Virus record (IMG/VR): IMGVR_UViG_3300009128_000003
Location: 51,051-115,050 of that record
DNA length: 64,000 nt
Strand: one strand, 5' to 3'
Source of the DNA: a virus
The notes below the pieces were generated by a model that did not search any database, had not been told where the DNA came from, and worked only from the letters and a program-made list of their open reading frames with translations. Position numbers and translations under genes: made by a program. Positions 46,401 through 57,400 of the stretch are shown one piece after another (position 1 is the first letter of the stretch; each line of letters begins with the position of its first letter).

Positions 46401-47007
46401 AGGGGTACAGTAGGGGCGTCCCCATCAGAGTAGTGGTCGACGTCACCTCAGTGGGAATATCAAGACCACCATCAAGAGCGCAACATTCGTCGGGATCTGA
46501 CGAATCGCCGCCCGAGTAGATGGGCTCTCCATCCCATTCGCCATCAATTTTGTCGATTCCGTCGATGGTAAAAACATCAGCGGCGTTGTACGGAGAATCA
46601 CGGTCGAATTCTTCCTTGGCTGCAGCCAAAGCACACATGGATGGCTCGCCGGCGTATCTCACGAGGTCTAAAATCGTTTTTTCGCCGCTTAACAATTTCT
46701 CAAGACGGCGGGTGCCTTCTACTCCTATTTCATCAATCGGATAGTATTCAGCTATTGCCGGGTTTGTCGAAGATGCCCAATATGGCGAGGTTTCACCGTC
46801 AAGCACAAACATCACGTAATAGTTTAAGTCATTAAGATAGTCAGTGGCGTACGCTGCGAATGCGTCTTCTTGATCTTCAACAGCATCAACATACATGGCT
46901 AGCTTAACCCTGATGTGAGTATCGTAAAGGTAGATCTTCTCAAAATACAGGGTTGGCAACATCTTGCCAAACTTGTTAATTGTGTTTCCAGAGAATTTTA
47001 CAGACAT
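43411..47007 (-). CDS. Large putative virion protein
   Basis: 1198-aa acidic ORF in the tail module. Confidence 0.55.
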   Translation of the reverse strand: MSVKFSGNTINKFGKMLPTLYFEKIYLYDTHIRVKLAMYVDAVEDQEDAFAAYATDYLNDLNYYVMFVLDGETSPYWASSTNPAIAEYYPIDEIGVEGTRRLEKLLSGEKTILDLVRYAGEPSMCALAAAKEEFDRDSPYNAADVFTIDGIDKIDGEWDGEPIYSGGDSSDPDECCALDGGLDIPTEVTSTTTLMGTPLLYPSFGTYRQNFYRFAFDSFTSIPETIYNANGNPIYKYVVGLDLATDDASMHQFILQFHRIPKLSMVAFTAHHDLDITSTNYDFLAAARSNKGIGKLYDAKVSDATYEKVTNFGVVDSDPISIYVLPNQSEYDETPIQAIDSVYYAPVDVTLEEIRSKFKAFVGTGLSSDSQIQDIYDSLNYILEKYGDSPELLPRLDVFRKTFPDTSTATAPGKIYQSFKVMLYNADNAVKRGTVLMKKLIKSAVVMDYRSTEPLTWQPPADEDIEIGAPELEHNFINTDLMQINKYGLHIGRYAHATGENKQNIYINGYWFFDYERALRKTSNIARIFHNGVKKIDAYFGRGVLNSCFNLMHTLHARKRILDNINTYFLGWGGKLTRHESDCPSPDAGTPSVGPDPSNPWGNNTNFSEVTEIPPTVAVNQCLTIYDTDAFDFSAEAFSGETDADVNLYPTVKYYRNYTNSEYKNEYGGGTWGSIQYTEDRNISALPHFLRENIDGVEDDVEIFGVTAGTTHTTHDFIRNFDFFDKLTIDGEPYRLMAFEFQELSKNQRTDYDYEPTFNDYLMFSVVVEDKTKDVYDLLISQYMSMRDTFIEYYDAAYEFCSYNNVDGNFNTFFQTAMEQQNSEEPEQAPWIMAPVIYYFHVDLLTDAFGGSFDKIIDAAIRESEGINPTTGRLEDVKTFREKIEELYNINYEPSNPEGLPAHAEGLRNSRTIFGGAGKTYFPLPELKTDMPVGAQISTMPTELVVGDVDPDDIFGEDDQGGAVTPFTRGGLKMVKMAFGFKQIPKHSTDHDSDGYIRITPVGGLQELPNGENATASTAATLEQICSPYGRDKADATGIYLYNSNWDYDGNKCRPSTEKYRTVWLYPGITYTIMWYARATEGGTAYGGDLAPLIYTTATITVPTGEPGTGGADIEGSEENSGQKIDDQAQLTDSRYNYYVLRAGCKRTNAFEGASRRGLFGKTKSSFYDADQSLWENIEAEPDWRTFAGYKFTAPYGT

Positions 47008-48455
47008 ATTTCGGGCTCCGTCACTGGTCCATAGATATCGTTAAAGACCGGGTCATCGGCTTCAGGCGTGCACTCAAAGTCAAGATCGATATAATAAGAG
47101 TCCTTGTTGTATATCTCGGCGCCTTTGCATGCAACCTCTTCGTTGATCTCATAATCTTTATAGATATCAAAGTAGTAAGCGACACTGCTTGTTAGTTCGC
47201 TCATATCCACAACTGCTGATCCCATATATGATTCGCCTCCCAAGAGACCGCCGGCAATTCTTTCGGTGTCCTTCTCAAAATATTTGCGTCGGAACGCGTC
47301 GGTGGGCACTTCGCTGTTGGCTGGGTTAGGGGGATCAGCTTCGGTGATATTGGTTGCTGGGATCTCGCCTTCCAAAATTTTAAATACCTCGATATCAAAA
47401 TTTTCTGTGAGCAGTACAGTGTTTAGTTCTTCGGCATATAACATGAGATCTTCGCTAACTAATTTAATTACATTCCCATCAGAGAATTCATAAGTAGAAG
47501 CCAAGGTATTTCTATAGTCTTCTTCTTCTATGCTGCCGATCATATCATATGGTTCAACTTTTTTAAAGTAGTTTAACTCAATGTTTATTTGAGGAATGTT
47601 AATGTTATTTAAAGTGTCTGTTTGGGAGGAAGACTTTATCGTTCCGTCTAAAGTCACTATCTTCCATGCCGGGGCTTTTTGAGTGTTGCCCTCTAATCTG
47701 GCGTCCCCCAACATGCCCTCGAACCGATAAGAATCCATTCTCGGAATTTGCATTGTTGGGGTGATATCAATTTCAAAGTAGGAACGCGAATCCGAGCCAT
47801 CGGCTTGGAGTTCAGCCCATGTTCCGTCCATGGTGAAGGTGTTGCCCCCTTTATCGATGTCTTCAAAAACTACTTGCGTTCCCAAGTACTGCGTATCATT
47901 TTTAATTCTCGAATGAATTTTGTTTTGAGGTTCTGTGTTAAACTTAAAAGCGGTTACAGTTGCCGAACCGTCAGAGAATGCCGTACCTGTGACAGTTTTT
48001 CCAACGCCAGCAGAGCCGGTCGCGGTCATTGTCAAAATAACGTGTTGTTCGTCTTGCTCTGCTGTGATTGAGATGTAGCCGCCTGCATATGCAAAATTGG
48101 TCGCAATTGCTACTTGTGCAGCATATTGTGTGGCGTTTGAGAGACCATTGATTCGTATGATAGATGCATCCACAGTCGGCGGAGAGAGACCATCGTTGAA
48201 TGTCATCGTATGCGTTCTCCCGGTCGCATCCTCTAGAATTAAAGTTTCGTGGGTAACGTCCGCCGGTGTCGTTTCAACATGTGTATAGACGGCTGTTGGT
48301 TGTCCACTCGTCGCGTAAACACTGTCGTAAATCACGTTATCGTCATAAAACCCATAATACTCCGGTTTAAACGAGCCCACCGAGAACAGGTAGTGTCCGT
48401 ACGGAGTAAGCCTGAAATCATATGTTCTCTCTTTCTTGTTGATAAATTTAGCCAT
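46998..48455 (-). CDS. Virion structural protein (baseplate/tail region)
   Basis: DFRLTPYGHYLFS.G.FKP.YY.F.DD..IY N-terminus resembles the DAVLT..GR..DDEI.Y paralogs. Confidence 0.6.
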   Translation of the reverse strand: MAKFINKKERTYDFRLTPYGHYLFSVGSFKPEYYGFYDDNVIYDSVYATSGQPTAVYTHVETTPADVTHETLILEDATGRTHTMTFNDGLSPPTVDASIIRINGLSNATQYAAQVAIATNFAYAGGYISITAEQDEQHVILTMTATGSAGVGKTVTGTAFSDGSATVTAFKFNTEPQNKIHSRIKNDTQYLGTQVVFEDIDKGGNTFTMDGTWAELQADGSDSRSYFEIDITPTMQIPRMDSYRFEGMLGDARLEGNTQKAPAWKIVTLDGTIKSSSQTDTLNNINIPQINIELNYFKKVEPYDMIGSIEEEDYRNTLASTYEFSDGNVIKLVSEDLMLYAEELNTVLLTENFDIEVFKILEGEIPATNITEADPPNPANSEVPTDAFRRKYFEKDTERIAGGLLGGESYMGSAVVDMSELTSSVAYYFDIYKDYEINEEVACKGAEIYNKDSYYIDLDFECTPEADDPVFNDIYGPVTEPEICL

Positions 48456-51400
48456 TAGTAACCTCCTTTAAACTTCATTGAGCGCCGGCTGGCGACACGT
48501 GTCGGAGCAATAGGTTGAATTGAAGTCGCTCTAGACACTGACGTAATTTGCGGAGAAGCTGCCCCCAGCACCCCTCTCAAGACAGGCGATGGAGTGCTAG
48601 TGGATCCTCGATAGCCGGGTGCAGTGACGAGATCATTGACCATGCTCCCAAAATCTTGGGGAGCAGTAGAGGCAAGTACTCCCGAGGTGCCGATGGTATC
48701 ACGTGAGATCGTGCGTGGTTCAGAATAAAGGATCTGCGCATCAATCTTAATTAATTCGATAAGTGAGACATAATCATATGGCCAGTTATATTTAACGACG
48801 CTTCCGCTCTTAGTTTTAATCTGTCCTTTGTTTCCTGTTGGGACCGTTGTTCCGCCGACTCCTAATATTTGAGCTTCACCAACTTGCGGCAAAGTCAAGT
48901 CATAGTAATCTGCTTGAGCCTTTTGTTTGACCTTAAACACCATCCAACGAAGGTTCTGGTTTTCTGCCAACTCTGTTTCGCTTAAGAGTTCTGTGTTGAT
49001 GAGTTCGTGAGCTACAGACTGCGATTGAAAGGAGATCTTTTGGGAATCTCGCGGCGCTAGGTTCTGCCACATATAGTTGAGATCGTCTTTGTCAAAAGTG
49101 TATTCAAATTCGAAGATATACATGGCAATCGCTGGTAGTGATTCGTTGTTCAGAAAGTCCATCTCAGGCGGCAGTACATAGCGCTTCATCTTTTGCAATT
49201 GCTTCCTAATCGATTCTCCAGCAGTTATCAAGGAATCTCCCTCGGCAGATCCGATCCTATCGTCTTTCGCTGCCCTCAGTCTCTCGGGACTTATCTCAAT
49301 GAATTTTTTACGATTTGCTGTTGCTGCGGTTGTGGCGCCGATATCTTGCGCGTCTACCGTCTCTGTGATATAAGGCACCGCCACAATAGCTTCTCTTATC
49401 GTTCTGCTTTTTGCTAGCTGCCCTAATCTCTTGCGAGGCTTACCTTTGTCAAATCCGACAAGACTTGTCAATGATTTGATCTTTGTGTAATCATTCATCA
49501 TGCCGGCTTCGCCGGGGATGCCGTGACCGATCGATGTCAGTTGAGGGGTGTACTTGTTATAAACGCTCCCCGTATTAAGCATTGTCCAATGGTATTTGAG
49601 CCAAGCTTCTGGGATATCTCCGATTTGCATGAAAATGCCTTTATCGGGATCCGGCTCGATTATACCAAACTGATGCCACATTCCGCGGGGAACTGAGGCT
49701 GATAGGTTGGGGGGTGAACTTAAGTACCCGGGTTCTCCTGCGCCGTCTTCCCACCGCTTGATACCGTCGTCGTCCCTTAAGGAACCAGATTTGATCGGGT
49801 GTGGTCCCGTATCGGTGAAATTTAACATCGGAGTTTCGTATTTGGGCTTGATGACCCAGCGCTGCCCAACGGAATCATTTCGCGTGGTGGTCAGGTTTCC
49901 GAAAGCGTCAGTTTCTTGGAACGGTACTTCTTCAATTCCAAACAGATTGAAGCTAGCGCTTAACTGCATTGCGTTTTGATTAATCGCGATACCAGCAGAG
50001 GGGTACTTAGAGCCGGCTTCTACAGCCAAGTTACCCGAAACACTTGGACTTCTAAACGAACTGCTAATAAGTAGTGTTTGCGTTTTGCTAGTTTGGTTCA
50101 AAAACTCTGCGGGTCCGGCGTCACAACGCCAGTATTGAGTAATTGTTTCTGCCATTATTTGTTGAATATCGTAAGACTTGGTGTGATTTGGTCGGAAGAT
50201 CAAATCTGCCCAAGCTTCGCCGTGGTAATAAGGTGGAGTAAACGACCAGTTAAATCCATTAAATGAATCAAGCGGATAATGATATGTATTTTTATTATAC
50301 ACAGTGTCGGACCCACTCGCTTGAGACCACGGCATTCGTCCGGATAATTCCGGTCCAAAGGCAGTCGGTCGGCTGTACATCGTGAACGATTCGCGATATC
50401 CGGGCATATGATATGGATCTTGTGGCAGAGGGTATTCTGCTGATGCGCCGGCAACGCTGCCGCCTGTTATGAATGAGCGAACTCCTTGTAGGTGGTTGAA
50501 CGCTCTCGCTCCTAGGACCCCATATCCGTAGGCGTAAGTACTTGATGCGCCGGCGGAATTAGTGACATGAATGCCTCCCTTTTCATTTAGATAGGATCTA
50601 GATCCTGTCATTGAGCGATTAATTTTAACACGTGCCATGTATGTGGAGCCGGAAACAAACCGCAAGTTTTCGCGCAAAACGCCGGACTTCAATGAAGTAT
50701 AATCGGCATCTTGCAAGAAGAACGCTGCTGTTTCCCCAAAGAAGTTGCTAGCCATTAAAGTATATGCGTCATCTTCCTCGTCTCCAGCAAAAGAGCAGGT
50801 AACATTCCATAGAGATGCTGATGGGTGTGCTTCTTGATCTGGTACTGATAATCCGTTAAGATACTTAGCTGGCGTTAACATGGTCTCGAATGGCAGGCGC
50901 TTATCCCAAAAAACTTTTTTGCTGTGGGAACTGTCGGCAGCTGATATATCACTATTTGTGTATTGGTTCGGATTAAATGTCAAAGCATAGTTATCTTGAG
51001 CACCATACTGGTGTAGGTCCAGAGCATTAAATGTGGTGCTGCTAATCGACCCTGATCCAAGTGCACCATAATATTGGCGCATCATTCTGTTGCCATTCAG
51101 TACGAGTGGATAATCCACCGCTAAGCCGGATTTTATAGAATTATACAATATGCCGGGAGAACAGATCGCGCTCAAAAGTGGGCGCGCCGAGACTGGGCGA
51201 GTATGGCTGCCGGCTTTTCTGTAAAATATCTCGTCGCGGTTGCCTCCGCCCGGGAAGATATCATCAGAATCGGGTTCCCGACCGGTGATGGAAAATAGCG
51301 ACTTTTGATAAGACTTTCTAAACTGAGATACCAAGTCAATCGTCCGTTCTGCTGGATAAAATCCCTTATACGGGTTAAATCTTAAGGCGGCAGAACAAAC

Positions 51401-54400
51401 CATTTTAATCTGTGTTGCGCCGAGCAATGTTTCGCGCTTAATTTTTAAGAAGTCTTGTAAAAATTCTGTATTTGAGTAGTCTATGAAGAAATTCTGAGTG
51501 TTCAAGCTATTATACGAAGCTGAAACATCTACATCGACGTTGAAGGTCGCGAACCCGTCATCGGGAACCTTGTTGGTGCCCACGATCTCATATGTTCCCT
51601 TGTACGGTAAATCGCCGTCTGGAGATGTATCAACCGTTGTCTGACGTGTTTCGAGCGGATCTTTTTGCAGGTATTCATTCACATGCTCGCTAATTCTGTA
51701 TTCAGGTACAATCCCATAATCTTTCGCCAATAATTTAAGCTCGTAACGATAATCTTCGTAAGTATCAAATTTCCATGGCGCGGATTGAGATAGATTAAAT
51801 CCCCACGAAGTGTCAGAACCTTTGATACCCAGTTTAGCGTTCTCTGCGGAACCACCGTAGTCAGCAGTCACAACGCCAGCTTGGGTGCCTGCCTCCCATA
51901 AGGCTTCTCCGCCGCCGATTGGCCAGATTTGTGCAGCGTTTGACCATGCATGACCGGCGCGTGAGCTTGTTTCCGGGATCTTCATTCCGCTTGGTCCCAC
52001 CACCGACGCCGAAATCGACAAGAGGTGCTTTCGCGAATACAAAGCTCCGCAACCTACAACTGCGAGCATCCAATGGTCATATGATCTCGGACGCGATGAC
52101 CTTGTCCATGGATTTTGTCCGGACCATGGATAGAAGGTCTTGAAAGAGGCTGTAAAGTAATTAGTGTATGCATTTTGTAGCTCGCCGGCAGATCCAGTGC
52201 CTCCCCGATACAAATAGGGCAGCGTGACCGATGAGTACTTCCAAAACATCGGGCGTGTTCTTGTCATAAAGTCGTCGGGGGCGTCTAATGGCCAAGAGCT
52301 TTGTTTTACGATAATTCCCAGACTATTGTACGAAATATCGTTGTTTCCAAATTCAACGGCGGCAGGCGACGTGGTCTGGTATGTGTATGCTCCCTTCGAA
52401 TTTCTAGCTTCGCGGTTGCTTGTCCAGAACCTGTTGTCGTATTTTATTCGCTCGTTTGATCCAGATGTAAATTCGTTTCGTGATGATGGGAAAAGCTTTT
52501 GAGTGTAGAGGACCCAGTTCAACTGTGTGGGGGATGCCGGCTGCTTCACTGATTTGATAAGCTGTTCAAACGGGGTATCGTATAAATCATATTGGATATC
52601 TAATTGATTTTCCATAGCTACTGAAGGGTAATAAACCGATTCATTGTTGTGAGTGACGTCCAAGCCGAAGCTCATACCGTTCGCTGTTAAGTTTACTGTC
52701 ACCGGGCGACCTTCCATCGATACCGGCGGAACGTTATAACGTGCGATGTCACCGCGGGCGCCAGTGAGACTCATCATAGAAACAACGTTATTCTTTCGTT
52801 CCCAGCGCGTGATGGGGTTGTCTCCAGTTCTAACTTGTCGCCATATGGGATATCCATAAATGCCCTGTCGGTTTAGTGTGAGGGCGTTTAGAATGCTGGC
52901 AGATGATTCTGCGTTTTGTACTTGGTTAATTATATCATAATTGATATAGTCTTCTGCCGGCAGTCCAATCCGCGGGTTTGAGCCTGTTCGTCCCATAGTG
53001 TTGATCGATGTATTCAGTTGATCTACGATGATCGTATTCATTCCCACAAAGTCGACTGGAATAAACTTATTGACACTTATTCCCGCAGCGACGCTAGCCG
53101 ACGTCCAACCAAATCGGCTTCGGTTTGAGCCGGCGGAGGTTTGATAGTATCTACCGAAGTCACTTTGACTCACAAAATTATATGCGTTCTTTGTGCCGCC
53201 GGTGCTGGAGGATATCCTGAATGTTGCTGGTGCGTATCCAAACACACCGTTAGTGCTGGCTAATGAACGGGTTACCCATGTGTACTGTTTCGATGACCGG
53301 GGGATCGGATGCTTAACGTAGAAATTGTCATAGATGGTCCTGTCGGTGCAGGTGGTGGTTGTGGTGGCTCCGGTTATCACCGAGGCGCAGCCTGCCAATA
53401 CTGACGCATGACCAGCGCCGCCTGTTAATTCAAATGCGGGGTTAGTGCCACCGTTAACTGCCAACGGCAAATATGTTTTGGTACCCGTGAAACCGACGAC
53501 GCGGTTGCCTATACCATATGTACCGGCATTAGCTGTTCGGATGTCGGTCTTCTCGTTGGTGCTGCCGGTACCGAATCTGATCCAATCCCACAGCTTCGAA
53601 ACATCTGAAGTATATGCAGTTGATTGGGTAATATCACAGGGTGTTCCACTATTATATATGCTGCGGACTTCAAGCGGGGTGAGCGGGCGAGTCCAATAAG
53701 TATATTCGTCAATGGCGCCTGACATGGGGCGAAGACCGGTGAAGTCTCCGCCAATCGAAAATGCGCCGTTATAGGTTACGACAATGTTGTTGGGAGGAGT
53801 AGAAAACCCAAATGCTCCAGATTTGGTTGCATCCCATGTGCTATAATAGTTTTTAGTTGTGTTGCTATCTACCCGCGAGGCTTCTGTATCGACTCCATTA
53901 TAGTAAATCTTCATGTATTTGTCAGCAACTGAAGCCAGAGAGCCATTGGAGACGGCGCTGGCATCCCACACAACCGAAAAGTGGTTCCATCCCGAAGACC
54001 AATTATCAGTGGAAGTGAACTCCCATAAATTATAGTCGCCCGCTCCGCCGCCGGTTCTCCATCCGCCGGCGGTATTTTGAAGACGTAAGTATACTTGAAA
54101 TTTGTACTCGCCTGAACCGTGTGTTTTCTGAATTTCGAAAAAGGTTTTGTCAGTATGGCGTAAACCAAGAGCTGTGACGCTCTGGGTCACGGCGGATCCC
54201 TGATCTCCAAAGTTGATCCAGCCGGTCCATGAGAGACCGCTTGATGTAACAGCGCCGATTAAAGGCATGATGGTATTGGTCGCATCGTTGTTGTCTGCGC
54301 CAGTCAAAATGAGCGTCGATAAATAATTGGCAGCGCCGAAATCATAACCGGAACTGTTTGTAAGCGCTTTATTGTATCCATAAGTAATTGTATCAAGACA

Positions 54401-57400
54401 CTTAGGGCGCCCCACATTATTACGGTGGACTTTGTGGAAGCCGGGCAATTGATTGTAGGTACCTCCGGGTGCGGCATTACCATAAGGAACAGCTGTACTT
54501 GTCACAAACAATGAGTCGCGACCAAATCGCGCCGTGTGTCGCGAAAGCTGTGAGCGCAATCCATAGTCGAATCCGTGAATATCCGATACGCGGATGCCCT
54601 CAGTTTCCGAAATTGTGCCGCTGGGTCCTTGTGAGGGCTTGATAACCGTTAAATTCTTAAAGTTAAGAGCATTGTAGACTGAATACTCGGAGGATCTGAA
54701 ATCTTGATGTCCTCTCGACTGTACTTCTGGTCCGCCGTGGTTTGAGAATCTCCCCACAATAACTGACTTGTTAATCGCGCTTGTCAAATAAGATGTAGAG
54801 TAATCGCCAACAAAGGTAAAGTGACTGTCTTGAATTGCGGCAGGGACGGTTCCCGGGCGTAAGAGTCGCGGCATGTCCAAGATGGTATTGGTTGATGTGG
54901 CGCCTGTTGTATGTGTTTGGAACACGTTTGCGGGAAATGTCGGCTGGTTCTCTATGAAGCCGCGGGGGTTGTTAAAGGTCCCGACGGTGTTCACAAAATC
55001 ATATGTGTGTCTGTAATTTCCTAGGATGGTTGAGCCGGTCGTGAGTTTGATATTCTTGATGTTGACCGGGCGCTTTGCCACAACATCACGATAATAAACC
55101 GCCTTCAAAGCTGCAGTCATCGGATACGCTGGGTAATTCCCGGGAACGTCGGGATATCCGTTCCACTCTGGCCATGGGTAATCGGCGCCGACCATTCCGA
55201 TGGCGCCTGTGAATGTGGCATCGCAAGTTCCGAGCAAGATCTTCCATGCTTCGGGGCGCGTTCTCCATGTATCTAATGGGTGCGTAGAACTACTATAGTT
55301 TACACGAACGTGTCTCGACTGGTGTCCGCCAACCACATGCTCAGTAAATGGTCCCTGCAACGGCTTTTCCATATCTGGTCCATAAACGTCGTTATGGAGG
55401 TTAGTTATTTCAAAGCTTGCTGTTAATCTGTCATAAACTTCTTTCTGGTATCCGGTCTTGACCGACGAACTGATGAGATTGAAGGGGAACACCAATGATG
55501 ATTTGAGATGTTCATCGCTTTCTCCGACTTTGGCGCGACCATGATTTACAGTAATGTACCTCTTTATCTTTTCTATCGGCAGTTTTGGATCGTTATCGTA
55601 TGGGAGCGCAACCAAATCCTTCATAAAGGCTATTAAAACATTTTGAGGGACAAATCGCCCGCCGGACTGGTCTACTGGACCCGCTGGATGTAGGGCAGCG
55701 TATGTAAAGTGTATATTTTTGTTAGCATCAAAATTTACTCCTCCCTTGATACTTCCGCGGGTGTCGTATTTTTTGTCTGCTGTGACTTTGAATAACTTCG
55801 AAAGGGTGTTGATCTTAAACGCGTTGCCGGTGTATGTGTTGTTCGTTTTGTGGTCGTAGAAAGTCGGTGCAGATCGACTCATGTGAGGTGCAGAGACAAT
55901 AACTTTTCTAAACGTTTCGCGTTGGGCATCAATGATTGCTGCCGCTGCGGCGCCTACAAAGCGTGCGGCAGAGATCTCATCGGCGGAGCGAATTGCGCGA
56001 GTCTTCCAGAAAGGAACGTGGCGAGTTGTGTCGCGAGGTGATCGAGGAACAGTCGTGCGCTCTAATTTTGCGTCCCACGCGGATTCCGCTTCGCCCCCCA
56101 CAACTCCCACAAGATCGGGCACTTGAGCATCGAGAGTGGGATATTTGGTTTCGTATTTCGAGCGATCTAGCACGGTTGGTTCGATTGTGTTTAGCACTCC
56201 TTCTACTAAGTTGGAAGATGCTGGAACAAGCTGAGATACAATCTCTGTGATGGCATCATCAAACCACTTATAGTAGCCTACAAATTTCTCAACATCGGTG
56301 ACGGCTGTTACTCTTCTATAAAATGCCTCTCTTAATTTCTCCAGATTTTTGTATCGATCTCGATATCGATTGATGGGAGCGCCGATTAAGTTATTAAAGT
56401 CGATTACGCCGGCAAAAAAGTCAAGCATCTCGTCAGAAACTGCTTGCTGTTGGCTCTTCTCCAAAGTATAGATGAAGTCGGGTACTGTTTCAACCACGCC
56501 GAACACCTCGTCATCCTTGTCTAAAATTTGGATCATGTCAGACGAAACAGCTTGCTCCGGATCAATGAACTTGAACACGTTTGTAAGTTGCTTTTGGACA
56601 ACTGCTTTCTCTAAAGGCGGGAATCCCCAGCCATAACCACCGTGTTGATAGCCCACCACCTCTCCGAGCCAGCCGTAGTTGTCTCTCAATAGCGCAGAGC
56701 CAGAGCTATAGTCTGTCACATTAAAGTATCCGCCGGCGTTGGAGCTAGTTAAGTTGTCAAATCTCCAATTTAATGCGATAGTGTTGGCGTTTGTTAAGTC
56801 TAAGCCGGCATTGTTTGTATCTCGTGGCGCGATCTCCCGATAAGATCCGGAAATTCCTGCGTTTTCTAAGTCGTAAACATGCTGATCTAGGGAAAGGTTG
56901 TCTAATACTTTAGTCCAGTACTTTATGCTGCTGAATCTCACGTCAGACGGGTTTAAAACTGTTCCCGTAAGGTTTGTTCTGCGTGCGCCGGCATAAACTC
57001 TCTTCGCGCTATGCAGGAAATTTGTGCCGCTTAAGTATGAGTTAGCTGCGCTATAGCCGGCTGGGTAATGAGTTGGGGCGCCCATCACACCGGTAACTTC
57101 GAATGAATTTCGAACTGTGCCAAGGATAGTGTTGACGCCTCGGAATATAACATCATATGGATAGTTTGTAGTTGATCCAGTCACCATTCCATCGAGCGGA
57201 TAGCCTCTCGGCTTAATTCTTACGGATAAGTTCCATTGCGAATCATCATAGGCGCCGGGGAAAGTCGAACTGCTCAACGTTGGTATCGGATGAGGGGAGA
57301 TTGAAGAAGTTAATAAGAATCTTACATTCTTAGAATATTCTGCGTCGCGGACTGCAAAGATTTGGAAGTTTGTCTCGTCGGAGGCTCTCAGTGTGGTTGC

